Below, piece by piece: positions 48,354 through 61,600 of a DNA stretch of 64,000 bases. The number at the start of each line of letters is the position of its first letter. Position 1 is the stretch's first letter. Origin of the DNA: Selaginella moellendorffii (Eukaryota; Plantae; Lycopodiophyta); NCBI RefSeq assembly GCF_000143415.4, contig NW_003314265.1:2993181-3057180 (forward strand). The letters run 5' to 3'. The position numbers were made by a program, and so were the translations under genes. Under the pieces are notes generated by a model. That model worked only from the letters and a program-made list of their open reading frames with translations, did not search any database and was not told the origin of the DNA.

Positions 48354-50336
48354 CCCAGACTATGGAAAGGAAGAAGAGTAGTCCTCTGGTGTAGTGACCA
48401 ATGATACAGTTGGGTGGTGAGGAAGTCCTAAAGGACCGTGGGACTTAGTAGTCGGGCCTGTGGGCCTCAATCTAGTGGCAATGTTGGCGAACATGGCCAT
48501 GGGCACAAAGTGACTTAGTGGGGACTGGAAAAGGGATATTGGGGAAGGCTATTCCCTATGCTTGCGGGCATTCTAAGGATGCTAAGGAGTGAATTTGGGA
48601 TGATCACTCATGGATGGATGGCTTAGTCTTTGAGAGACGGGACTGTGATATAGGTGGTGTCAAACCACCAGTGTGACTAAGGTGAATGGCTGATATGTCA
48701 GTGGTACCTTGGGGTGTCGGTCATGGGATCGGACATGTGGAGCACTTGGGCCAAGTGCCAAGTTTGAGTGGCAGGGATGCCATTCTTGGGGCTAGCAAGC
48801 CCAAGTCTGGAATAAAACTTATGGAGATTGTGAATGAGCTTCCTCCAAGTGGTCAAAGGTGTGGTTAAATGACTAAAGTAGAATGGAAAAATTTAGTCGC
48901 TTACAACTTGGTATCGGAGCTATTCCTTAGTCTGACTTTTATTGGTGGCCAAGTATATCACCACTAGTATTGGAATTAGAATGTCCTAGGTATAGACCTA
49001 TCTTTGAGGAGTAGCATGTCGAGAGGACATGGCTCTCCACTCAAGTTCATGCATGAGCTTGTATGCAAGGTGGTGGATGGAAAAGGGTCAGTAAGGGAAC
49101 GACTTTGGGATCTTGGGAACAGTATAAGGGTTTCCTCAGAGAGTTGAGGATGTGATCCAGATGAGCATTTGACTTAGCAAACTGGCTAATGTAGTTGTGG
49201 TAAACAACTATAGTTGGGATCACAAGAAAGATGCAGACTCCAAAACAATAAAGGAGTCACAAGATTACCCTCATATAGTTGAGGCTAGTGTTCATGAATT
49301 TGAAACCAGAATTGATAACCGTGGGAGGTCAAATACGGAAGAGGACACAAGTCTTTGAAATGGTAGCTAGGGCTACCTCTAATAAATGTTGGAACAACCC
49401 AAGGGGTTGGGGGTGTACTTAGAGGATGAGTTGATATTCTCATCACATGGACAAGTGGTCCTAAGGGGCAAAAGGTTGCCCCAGAGAACAAAATCAAGTT
49501 TTGAAGTAACACTTACAAAGATGGTCCTTGTGAGTAGGACATGAATACAAGAAGTTGTATTCTAGTAAGCTGGCACCTCAAAAGGTAGGACCTCACAAAT
49601 CGTCAGATTAACAAAGTCCAAAAAGCTGAAGGACTCAAATAGAGTCAAGGAATGATCCTAAAGGATTGATGGAAGCATTTGGACTGAGGTGTGTTGTACC
49701 CCATAAAGGATGGGGGGGATCATAGGATCCAAGTATGAGAACAGTGGGTATCTCATCGATGGCAAAATGTGCCATACTAAAGTCGTGGGAAAGATGTTCC
49801 CCAAAAGAAAACAACTTTGACACAAACTTTATAGTGCAGTGCTAATAGATAGTTGGCATAAAAGACAACCATATTGGTCTTGGCAAGGACCTAAACACAA
49901 GTAAAAAGTGTCATAGAGGTAAACTCGTGGAGTCAATGGTGTGAAAACACCGAATGTGCCAAGGCGTGCTGCCTTAAGATCAAGTTGGCGGGTTCATAAG
50001 AACCCCTTCCAAAGGAATCCCAATAGAAATGGGAATGGCATAGCCTAAGTTGGAAGGCATGCGGTTAAAGTGTGGTGACCCAAATAATGATAAAGGTGTG
50101 GAAGCACCAGCAATGAATTGTAGGATTTGACAACTATGAGGCAACTAAGCAAAAGGTGCAAAATAATTGGTTAAATTGGTAGAAGGTAACTATCTAAGAC
50201 TTTTTATTGGGATAAGGAAGTTACATATACCCTTATAAGGGAGAAACTTCTTATGTTGCGATATAGTAAGTCAATGTCGTAAAAGGAATGCTCATTGATG
50301 CTCTATTTCGTTAAAGTGGGATTTATTCAGTAAAAT

Positions 50337-51010
50337 TGTAGCGCATGTGATCATAGGATGAGATTTGGACATACTGTCACCGTGGATCCTTGGAACCTTG
50401 AGGGATAAATGGGGATAAAATAGCCACTAAGGGCTCTCTCATCAAGCAATTGCCCCTTTTCCAGTTGGCTTAAGGGGAGAGAGATGAGGTGTGCTACAGT
50501 TGGTATCGGAGCAAATGGCACGGGTTCGATTCCCATTGATTAGTGGCTATTTAAAAGTATAATATACCCTTGAGCAAGGTATATTCCTACCCCTAAATTT
50601 GAAATCGTACGTATTGGGCATCCATGCGTACGTCCTTCCTCTTGTGTGGTGTATCCACGGACGAAGGTATCCACCGTGGGACTGCGGTACGGGTGGATGA
50701 CTAGTTGCCTCACATGGAATAGCTGATCTACACAATGGAAGGATTGGTAGATTGAGTGCGAAAATGGAGGTGCTGGTTCCCCTTGGCTCAGTAGGGGTTG
50801 CTAGTCAATAGTCAATGAGGACATTGACATCTCTGAAAGGGGGGTGAGTGTAGTGCATGTGATCATGGGATGAGATTTGGAAATACTGTCACCATGGATC
50901 CTTAGAACCTTGGGGGATAAATGGGGATAAAATAGCCACTAAGGGCTCTCTCATCAAGCAATTGCCCCTTTTCCAGTTGGCTTAAGGGGAGAGAGATAAG
51001 GTGCGCTACA
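50337..51010 (+). mobile_element. TRIM (miniature LTR element)
   Basis: 162-bp LTRs at 50337-50498 and 50849-51010, PBS TGGTATCGGAGC at 50501-50512, PPT GAAAGGGGGGTGAG, ~350-bp non-coding interior. Confidence 0.88.
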
Positions 51011-54000
51011 TTTGGTATCAGAGGATGAGTCTCAACGAGTACTATTCAATGAGATTGGGCAACTAGTCTCGTTGCATACACAGAGATGAAAACGATGATC
51101 CGAGTGGGTACACGTTTGGTGCAAAAGGTTCACATTCGTTCCTTGGGTATGGTTTTGGTTACCTTTTGTACCATATTTTGTGAGCTTGAGCTTGGGCTCA
51201 CAAAAGGGATTGAGTTGTTCTGATTACATGAGTTTACGCTTGGGCTCGTGAGTGAGGCACATTAGCAACTTAAGGTTACACTTTGAGTTGGCAGGATTAA
51301 TGTTAGCCTCTTAGTGGTTCCATGAGTTGTTCCATGTACCGTAGGTAAGAGCAAACCTTCCCTGAGTTTGCTATGAGTGGCAAATAGGCTGGTCCGTAGC
51401 TATTTAGCACGGCACTAGTAGATCCTTCCTAGGCATGATTACAAGTGGATCAATCAAGACTGTAGGGATTAGTCTATTGGTTCAAGTAATCATTGCCGTG
51501 CTCTCTTATAAACTTTTCTTGGATTAGACTGAAGGTAGTGCGAACGCAAGCTTGAAGTGTAGTCAAAGATGAAACCGAAAAGAGAGTCGTTGGGGACGAA
51601 GGATCAAACACGTAAATCATCTTCTCTTTTAGAGAGATGGTTTGCAACGAGGGGTAACTCATTACTCGTGTTCATATCATGCAATCAAGAGTCCCTACCT
51701 TGATGCATCTTGGAGATGATGGTCTTACAAATAGTGAGTTATGGGATGGATAGCAGTGAAGTGCTATACCGTTTTGTCTAGGCTTGCTATTGGAAGACTT
51801 GAGTTACAATGCTCAATTCTTTTTCCGGGAACCTTGCTATTGTTCCTTGAGTAGCTTGGTTGGATTAGTTTTGAGTTTGGTCGGAAAAAGAGTGGCATGT
51901 GCTTATCCATATTGTGAACAAAAGTTAGTGGCGTCGGGTGTTGTTAATCTCTATTGGTGGAGTGTGGCATTTATGTTGCATTTTGTCAAATCGAGTTGAC
52001 ACTTGATAGTCACATAAACTTTTGAAGTAATGACATAGGTGTTGCTCATGGTGTTTCTCAATTGATGATCAAGTCATTGTGATTTCCATATCATATCCAT
52101 GTGATAATGAGCAATGTGTTTACGAAGTTGCTTGGTTAAACGATGATCAACCCCAAAGTGGTTGATGGTGAAGCTAATCTACTTGCACGTAGTAGCATTG
52201 TAGTAGCTTTGACTGGATTCTCGATAGTGGTCCATTATGCTAAGCTTAAGTTGGTTCCTTAGTTCCTTGAGCTTGCCCATTGAAGTGTTGGAAAAGGGTT
52301 GTAGCATTCATTTGCTATGGCTTGTTGGTTTATCCGTTAACACTTGGAGTAGATTGTTGGATGGAAAAGGTGTGTAGTTAAAGCATTGATATCACTAGCA
52401 CTTGTGTTAGTGGAAGTGGCATTGTTGATTCGAGTGATGAGGAATTTTCCTTAGAGCTTGATTTTCCATGTCATTTTTCTTGTTAGTGTTTTTAGCTTCA
52501 CATTGGATCTTGAAGGTGATTGAAGAAAAGTGTTAGTGCAATGTGAATATCCGAAGGTGTGGTCTTCGTGATCAAGCTTTAGATGTTCATTTTGCATTCT
52601 ACGGATGTCGGAGTTGGATGTCGAAAGTATGGGCAAAAAGATGTTCGTGGCTTAAGCATACTATGGGTCATGAGAATTTGTGTTAAGGTGAACTTATGTG
52701 AAGTTGTTGGTAGGAGGAAGTTGGTTGAGTCTTGAAAGTTTGTATTCCTGGATTGAGAATCATTCTTTCTTTAGGTGGGAAAATTTTTCCACAAATTTTC
52801 TTAAATTTCTCCAATGGCTGATCTGTTGGTCACTTTGCTCGAAAACCATTCCGTTTTCGAAAGCCAATACAAACTAGTGAAGGGGTTGGAGTTGACTTCA
52901 GTTAGCTTAGACCTTAGTATGTAGTTTGTATGATGCAGCCCGAAAGGGATGCTAACCTTTGGGGCTAAGGCAATTGAGTTGGATAGAGTCTGGAGTTGGT
53001 GTAGAAAAGTGGCCGTTGCGCTTTTCTAAGAAAGGTGACCCTTGTGCCTTTCTTTTGTAGCGTTATGCTTGGTGGCAGGTTGCACTTTGCATTTCGTTAG
53101 ACTCTATGAGAGTAATGAGCTCTCACTGATCTTGATTTGGTCTTGGTGGCCCTGCACCTTGGCTGAGGATGGTGATGTCCAACTTAGTTGTTTGAGTTTG
53201 AGATGTTAGTACCCATACTATAGCTTTGTCTATGAGGAGGTTGTGTACCAATATAGATCCATCTCATGGTCTTCACTTTAGTTTCAGCTGAGTGTTGATC
53301 ATGCATAGCTAGCCTCTTCAAGGCATGCTCAGAGCTAGTGGCTAAATGCATTAGTGAGCTTATTGCAGTTGAGTTGGATTCGAGTGGTCATTTAGTTTGT
53401 GCTTGTCAATGAACTTTTATCTCATACCGAAGGTATCACATTCATGTTGGACAAATGTATGACTAAATGACGTGAGTTTAGTGTTTGGGTCTCATGAAAG
53501 CAAGTTGAAAAAGTGATGGTTAGTTGCTTGGCAACTAGTGATTGCTTGTAGACTTTAACAAGGACTGTTGACACTTGCTTCACTCGATGAAAATTTATCA
53601 GTGATGGGCTTGCTTTACCGAATGGGGTTGCGGAGGATCGTGTCGTTAGACTTACATGGGTTTTCCATGTTGGCATGTTGACTCTACCTCTGTTGATATC
53701 ATTTGGTTGCGTTTAATTCATAGTGTTGGATTTCATTGAGTCTTGGATGTGGTGATGCACTCCTTGAGGAAGTGTTATCTGTACCTGAGTAATGTTGAAG
53801 GATTGGTCTCGGATACTAACTAAAGTATCTTTAACCTTGGTTAGCTTAGTTGCTAAAGAACTTTGAGTGGTGATTCACTCGTGCTTTCTTTTAGCTTTGT
53901 TCTAGTGTTGATGGCATTGAAGTGATGCCTTGTCGTTGACATTATTGAGGTTGAGATTCGAGTGACATAAGATGTCTCTCCTTAGGGTTGATATTGAGTT

Positions 54001-56021
54001 TCATTCGTCTCGATAATGATAGTGTCGATGATTTGGTTATAACTTTGTGTTATTGATATTTGTGCATTTGCTAGTTAGCAACTGTATTGACATTCAAATG
54101 AACTGAGTGGCAAGTTTGAGTTAGTTGTGTTCTAAACGAGGTTATTTAGTAGGGGTTGAGCTTCAGCTTTTCCTTGAAAAGTAATTTAGTCGTGGATAAC
54201 ACTAACTTTACGAGATGAAGAGTTAGTGATTGATATTGGAATATTTGAATCCTTATTGGATTTGAGTTGGAATATATCGATCATTAATGATTTTTCTTGT
54301 GCTTGTTATGATGTGAGTTACGTCTTGATATAGATGGATTCAGAAGGATCGTTTGATGATCACTTGTTGAGCATAGCTTTGTTATGCTTAGCTTTTGGAT
54401 TGATGCAGACATGCTTTTCATTAGCTTTGCATTATGAAGTTTAGCTTATAGATGTGTTGAGGAGGATATTGTGGGTTGTACCATGATTTCTTCTTTAGCA
54501 TTGACGTTAGTCTATGCGAGACTCGTGATCATTATTAGGCAAGACTTGGCTATAGACTTCTTCGAACTTTTGGTTATTTGAGTTTTCATGCTCATTGTTC
54601 CATTTGTTAGGAGTTGTTGGGGGAAGGCATTTTGGCTCATTAGCTTCGATGTTGACGTTAGTCTTTGCATCTAGCAATCATTGGTGATGATTGACTATCA
54701 TCTAAGATAGTTGATTATCCTTGTCAAGGGTTTTGCTTGATTATTGTTGGTATAGAATGATTTGCTATTCTTCGGGATAGTAAATTCTTTCTTCGATGAT
54801 GATTATGCATTTCTCTATTGATAGGATGATTGATGATCTTTTATGGTGGTTAGTTGTTCTCTTTGATGGCTTGTGGCTTTTCGCAATATCACATGTTCTT
54901 TGTGGTTTGCTTTGGATTGGTCTCTTGGGTTTGAGACATCCATAGGATGTTGCTGATGCTTGCTTGAGCAACTCTAGTTCCTTGGTATTATTGACCAGGA
55001 TCTATTCAGATTGACTTCTATGATAGTTGGCACGAATGGGTGTTTGTTGATCTTACCGCATTCATTTTGTTCTGTTGATTATTGCTTGAGTTAGTTCTGA
55101 TAGGTTGGGATGTTATTTCCTTCGGGTACAAATTACTGATTCTCTCTCTATGTTCCTGCGGGCAGGGGCATATCACACTTTTGTAAGCTGGGTGACTCCC
55201 AGAGCAGCAAGGGTGGCTGACTCCGTTGGTCATTTCCTTGTCGGCAACGGCCGGAAGGTGTCTGAGCTGGTAGCGCATCCGCGTTAGACAAAGAGGTTGC
55301 CTCCTAACTCATTTAAGTTGGTGCATTTCTCACATAGTGTGAGTATTGTGAACTTTCTCTGGAGTTGTTTCCTTGGCGGTATTCTAGACTTGAGTGTGCA
55401 TTGACGAGGACGTCGATCTTCCCTAGGGGGGGAGAGTGTCGCGCATATGACTTCGGGTATCAAAAGTTACCTGTCGACCAGTCCTTACGGACACTCTTAC
55501 CTTACTGCCACGATGGCAGGAGGTCGGTATTGCTGGTTCCCTTTATCAGCCCCTCTTGTTCAAGTGTTAGTAAACTGGACTTTGTATCTGTACTTGGCCG
55601 GATGAGCATAAGGAAGGAATTCCTAAGTGTCTATTTAGCTGAGCATACTTGGCCCGGCTTGTTAGTTCTCTTTTGCTCTGTCTTGCACTGGCTTGACAAG
55701 AACCCTCGCATATTGAGATTGGTTCCTCAATATCGCTGGATGATAGCTTACCGTGTTTGCCAAACACCCTCGCTATCATGCCTTTTGTGTTGGTCTCATT
55801 TCGGTCCCAAATGCTATTTATGGAAAGTGTCCAGATTTGCTCATTTGGCATATCTACGGAATGTAGAGATCGGCCTGAACACAATGGTGTTCGTCCCGTG
55901 TCCAAATTCACAATCTAAGGACATTCCATATTTAGTAAGTTTCGAGCTTGTCCCAGAGACTAACTCCTGATACTAAGGGAGGCTTGGGGTGAAAGCCCAA
56001 AGCGTGTGTTCCTCAAGGGGG
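51011..56021 (+). mobile_element. Second family-A copy (PBS, internal region, PPT, partial 3' LTR from 55437)
   Basis: Collinear with the 17842-46389 copy after removing its insertions; lacks ~0.57 kb (44380-44940 equivalent). Confidence 0.88.
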
Positions 56022-56023
56022 TT

Positions 56024-57020
56024 TGTAGTGCATGTGGTTTTGACCCTTTATCCTATGGTGATTTACCATAGGATAACACCACGAAGCGGAACCTAAACCC
56101 TCTTTGTGCCACGTGACAGATGCCACATGTCACATGCCACATGTCCATGCCACGTGTCCACAAGAACCCGAGGTTCAGGGTCTTGGGCCACTGAACGAAG
56201 GAACGGTGCCAAACTCCCAAGCTTGGAGCCGAGGAGTGACGGAACCGAACCACGGAGCAACTCCCGAGCATGAAGCCCAAGGAGCGAAGGGACAGGAGCT
56301 CGGAGCGACTTGGAACAGTCCTGGAGCAACCAGCATCCCAATGCTAGAACCAGCACGCAAAACGGAGCCAAACAGAGTCTGGCGCTATTTCGGCATACCG
56401 GTGGCCTAACGTGAGGATATGGGTACTCCACCAACTAGCATGGAATGGAACTTGGGCTTAGACCCAAGCCGGACGTAGAACAAGGACAGGCACGCAAGCA
56501 GGAGCTAGACTATGCCTCAGGTTGGTCGGCCATGCCCAACCTACCCACTATCCCTACTATACATTTGGAACCCCCCACAGCCCCCCCCCCCCCCTTGAGG
56601 AACACACGCTTTGGGCTTTCACCCCAAGCCTCCCTTAGTATCAGGAGTTAGTCTCTGGGACAAGCTCGAAACTTACTAAATATGGAATGTCCTTAGATTG
56701 TGAATTTGGACACGGGACGAACACCATTGTGTTCAGGCCGATCTCTACATTCCGTAGATATGCCAAATGAGCAAATCTGGACACTTTCCATAAATAGCAT
56801 TTGGGACCGAAATGAGACCAACACAAAGGGCATGATAGCGAGGGTGTTTGGCAAACACGGTAAGCTATCATCCAGCGATATTGAGGAACCAATCTCAATA
56901 TGCAAGGGTTCTTGTCAAGCCAGTGCAAGACAGAGCAAAAGAGAACTAACAAGCCGGGCCAAGTATGCTCAGGTAAATAGACACTTAGGAATTCCTTCCT
57001 TATGCTCATCAGGACTAGGT
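56024..57020 (-). mobile_element. Inverted family-A LTR (truncated by the downstream DNA transposon)
   Basis: Starts TGTAGTGCATGTGGTTTTGACCC, the reverse complement of the A LTR 3' end. Confidence 0.88.
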
Positions 57021-57631
57021 ACAAATTTTCAAGTATTTGAAAATGACGTGAAATTATATGTTTTTTGTCCAGGGGCTAGACATATCTGGGGCATGGTGAC
57101 TAGCGCGGTGACTTTATGTCCAGACTGAGTCCATCTGGTTGTATAATAAATCTCATTGTCAAGGTGAACAAGCCGAATCTGAAGCTAAAGAAGAGCGATG
57201 GCATGCGCGCACACACTATTTGTTTGTTCATTGAGCGTGTGGTGAGCTTTCCAAGATGAACGTCATTCCTATTAGCCAGACATATAACTTAATGGTGAGA
57301 ACATTTAGATATTGTTCAATGTTATCTTTTTCTAACGAATCTAATTGTGAAGGTGTAGCAAGAGGCATTGCTAGTCTGGAGAAGTCATTTAACTCATTTG
57401 ACCCTTAGTGTATTTTCATGAAACTAAATAACATTCATATTATTAAGGAATTTCTCTAGTACCTTTTTTTTACGACATAGAGGCTTGCATTTCTTTCAAA
57501 GGTGATTTAGTAAAAGGCCTGAGGGCACATGCCATTCTATTTCTCAGACCGGTATTAAGATATACTAGTGCAAAGGGAAAAAGGTATTTGGTGATCAAGT
57601 AAATGGCATGAGGGCACACGCCATTATAAGC

Positions 57632-57889
57632 CTAAGTGCTAGTGGACACCTCCTTTTTGGTACTCTCAGCGGTACTATCATCCTTCTTCGGGTCAGTTGT
57701 TTTGCTTTGGATTGTTGTCTCTGACGTTACTGGGGCATTCTCGATAGTTGTTAATGTTGCCGTTTGTTCAGAAAAATGATCACCTGGAGTATAGTACGGG
57801 GAGTTTGGAAGACTTATATATTCTACATCTTCACCTATCTCCTTCTCCGTCTCCTTTTCTGCCTCACTTACAGATTTTGTGCTTGCCAT
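57632..57889 (-). CDS. Small Ser/Thr-rich transposon cargo protein (85 aa), homolog of 19796-20044
   Basis: MASTKSVSE..SLPNSPYYTPG..NAPVTSETTIQSK..STAESTKK. Confidence 0.7.
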   Translation of the reverse strand: MASTKSVSEAEKETEKEIGEDVEYISLPNSPYYTPGDHFSEQTATLTTIENAPVTSETTIQSKTTDPKKDDSTAESTKKEVSTST

Positions 57890-58602
57890 AAGAACGCTCT
57901 TCACCCTAAAATATGGAGTTCGTTGTGTTATAGAAGGAAACCAACACACACGCTGCAAGGGAATGATGGTACATAAAGCACGTAAGCCCACAATATGGGT
58001 TTATGTGCCATTAATATGGGCCACACGCCATATTATTAGATTTATGCACATGTGATTGGTAAATGCATATGTCACATCATCTTTGTTTTACCTCACACAC
58101 TATATCAGGCCTAATGAACCATATCACATGTGCGCACATGCTATATATATGGAGAAGTATTATGCAAAGATAGAAAAATTCAATGCATGATTGTGGAGAG
58201 CAATGGCATGAAGCCACATGCTAAATAACATTTTAGAGAAAGAATTAAAATAGAAACATGCAAACAGTACTGAGTGGACCAAGACTTAGAAGTGCACAAT
58301 TGAATGAGGTATTTCTAATAAATATTTCACTCACCTCATATAGGAATGGCTACCACTCTCAAATGGCGTATCGCCTCATGCCATCACCTCGCAATTTGTT
58401 ATAACAATCCGATGAATTCATATTTGGCTTGTTCACCTTGAACTTTAAGTAAGATTTGCTAGAACAACTAAGAATTTATACTTGTTATTTGTATCATCTC
58501 ACCTAGGAATGGCGTAAGGCCACATGCCATCACGCCTCCTCTGATTCAGATTCGGATTGTTCACCTTGAAATAAAATACATTAGAAACTTAGTAAAGGAA
58601 TA

Positions 58603-61600
58603 TTAATGAATCTCACCTTGAACCCGGGTTATGAATGCTCTTGCTGCATCTCTTACATGGTCTGGCAAGGCGATGGTGGCACTCTGCTTCCGCATCCAAC
58701 CATGCACAACATTATCCACCGATATGCTCATGCTGGGATCCCTTGGATTCAGCACCCATCTCTTTTCTAGGCAATCCTTTGTATATCCGGAACTTGGCTT
58801 GAACCACTCCACAGTTACATTGAAGGAGTTAGTTTCCGCGTCCTCCTTTGCATCAGTGATGCGGCGCCCCACCCATATCATTTGTTTTTTATTACTGGGT
58901 CTGACAAGCACGACCATTCCTTTGCAGACCTGTACTGGATTGAATGCTGAATCCGGCTTCTTGTTCCTCGGCCCACAATAGTGATCCTCAACATTGTTAT
59001 CTGTCACTGCATTTCCAGAGGACATTATTCCGCTACTATCTGGTGCTCTGGGTTCTGGCCAAAAGGACTCTTCCAATTCTTCATATACAACCGGCCCATT
59101 TTGGATAGCAGATATAATCTTCTCCCAGTATTCGAGCAAAGGCTTGCACCTCTGAAAATAGGATTCTCCACCAAACACCAACCCCCTCTTCCAGAAGGCA
59201 ATATGCTGTCTAATCCCGGCCACTATACTTTCCTGGTCTTTGAGTCCATCCGGGTGCATCGGCCGTGGGGAACCCTGAGGAATCATAGGTTCCCCAGTTA
59301 TGGGATCTCTCTTGAAGAGTTCAATGCCGTTCACTAGCAGCCACACTGTTGTAAGCAACCAAAGGGAACGACTCGAGAGACAGTCCATGAGGTTCAAATA
59401 TAGAGGGAAAGGGCCCATGAATAAGAGTGCACCCCCTTTTCCAATCGGTCAAGGGTCTTGGGATAGTTTGAGTTAAGCGTCCTTGGGTTTGAATAGTACT
59501 GGGCTGGGTGACTTCCCGGGAAGTCCAAACTCAGGAGCTTACAACTGTGTCCCATTCTCTCATCTTGTACCTCATCACTGGAGCACCGTCACACATGCTG
59601 AAATGAAACTGAAGAGGCTTCAAGTGGCCAATCAGCGTTTCGGATCCGTCCTTGATGTAGCCTCTTACAAACCCCTTAAAGTCTGGAACCTCTGTCAGAA
59701 GTGCAGCTTCAACAGTGCCTTTGATGCAATTTTGGAATTCATCGTAGAGTTGTGGGAGGATGAGGACATTGGATCGCCGGAGGGACTCTGCCAGGTGACT
59801 GAACATGGCATCGACGTCTTCATGAGTGTGCCCAACCATGAGAAAGCCAAGTATAACCGTTTCAAATATGCCTTTGGCAACAAGCATCGCCAAGTACGCG
59901 AAGACGTACATGTTTTTGTTCTCACTGCCAGCATTGTCTGTTTGGAGCAGAAGATGGGGTGGAAGGCCACATCGGCCGCAAGAACTTCCTTGAGATTCTG
60001 CTTCGTTTGGATGAGGCTCTGCATTCACCGGGCGACCAGCCTCGTCGGAATGGCATGAGGCCTCACGTGATAACCCTACAATCTGACGGCCAACATATTC
60101 ACTAGGATGGCATGGGGCCCCACGTGATACTGCAAGCCTTTGCTCCTCCTCCAGCTGAACCCTGTATGGGGTTCGATCGACAAGGGCCTTATGCAAGGGT
60201 TGGCCGTTCAGCTCAGTCTGCGCACTTTGCAGAGACCTTAAGTGTTTTGCTAGGGACGCAATCATCATGTTTGCACCCCCGCCACCCCATAGAGGTACAA
60301 AGAAGTTCCCATAGTTCTGGGCACCATGCCCATGAGCGATTATGCCAAACAGAGACACAGGCAGCTGCATGGATGAAGAGATTGCCTTGGGGGCAGGATT
60401 GAGTCGAGGTAAGCACGTCTTTTTCTGGTCCATTTTGTCGTGGATGATGTAGAGGTAAGAGTTAGGTCTCTCCATGGAGAGAATCCTGTTATGATAATAT
60501 GCAGTCCTGCAGCTTCTCTGCTCGATGTTGTGGTCGAGCCGCCTTCTAACCAACGTCTCTCGCTCTTGAGCGCTGCAAGAATTCTTCGACAAAGCCATTT
60601 TGATAGCAGTGCACTCGTCACACTTTGAAAAGCTGGAGTACTTTCCTATACTCACATCCCTAAACCTGTTGCTCCACAATCTACTAAATTTAGATTGGCT
60701 CAGCTTCCTGTAGCCATTACTCTAGAGTTCCCGATTCACATCTTCCAATATGGCCCCCTTGGTATACATGGAAGGGAGAACTCGTTGGGTGTCTCGTGTT
60801 CCATCTTCCAAGAGGCGGGTTTTATGTGGTTGCTGCTCGCTACATGTCTCGACAAACCTCTTGAAGATTGCCTCTCCATATACAACATGACCCCTGGTTT
60901 TGTGCGTACCGTCGTTCCCATGGATTGCCTGTTGAACCCTTTGTTCCTCGAACTCAGTTTTGATTCTGTAGAATGTGGTTCGAGGGACTCCATAAATGAT
61001 TCTCCATGCCTTCATGCAGACCAAACCCCTCTGGAAGACCATGCCCCCCACCTGATGTTCTGAAGCATCAACAGATGACCGTAATGCCTCATACACAAAA
61101 TTGCGAGCTGCCTTCCAGGACAATGTCTTGTATCTTGCTCTCTCCTCTTCAATAGCATCCCAATCAGCATGTTGACAGCACCTCCTCTTGCAACAAGCAA
61201 CTGTCGAGACCATTCGAACCTCCATCGCCATTTTTTGCCTTTTCGATTCGTTGCTCAGATCCCTTTGGCTGCGCTTTAGGAAGGTGTACTTTCTTTTCCC
61301 ATGAAGAGATGTTCTGTCATCAGTTGTAGTGGTGTTTGATTGTGAATCCTTCACATTCTCAAACACTAAGTGCCTCAATTTCCACCGCACAATGCTTCCA
61401 ATAGTCAGACTGTTTTCTTCTGTGTCAACAACCTCTAAAATCGCAACTCCAATATCATCCTAGCCCAATTCTTGATTAGCAACCGCATCTCTTGGATCGA
61501 CAACTGTGGCTAAGCCCTCAGCTACCACCTCCCCCTCGGGGTTGTTTAGAAACACCTTTGCCTGAATCCATGTAGCACGGTTCTTAAGATCCACGGAGGG

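Larger units (their letters stand above)
17037..50336 (+). mobile_element. Family-B LTR element: split 5' LTR, PBS and degenerate internal region
   Basis: LTR TGTGAGACAC (17037)...17841 resumes at 46390-46585 and 48354-48905 (...GTCGCTTACA). PBS TGGTATCGGAGC at 48909-48920. Decayed internal sequence runs to ~50336. Confidence 0.8.

Noticed and set aside
55365-55970. 201-aa ORF recurring in family-A LTRs
   Set aside because: Lies within LTR sequence, its length varies among copies and it shows no protein-like motifs.
59350-59543. Possible intron in the Sola transposase
   Set aside because: TG..CA ends with a 7-bp inverted repeat and a 5-bp TSD identify a solo LTR; the splice phases do not fit.
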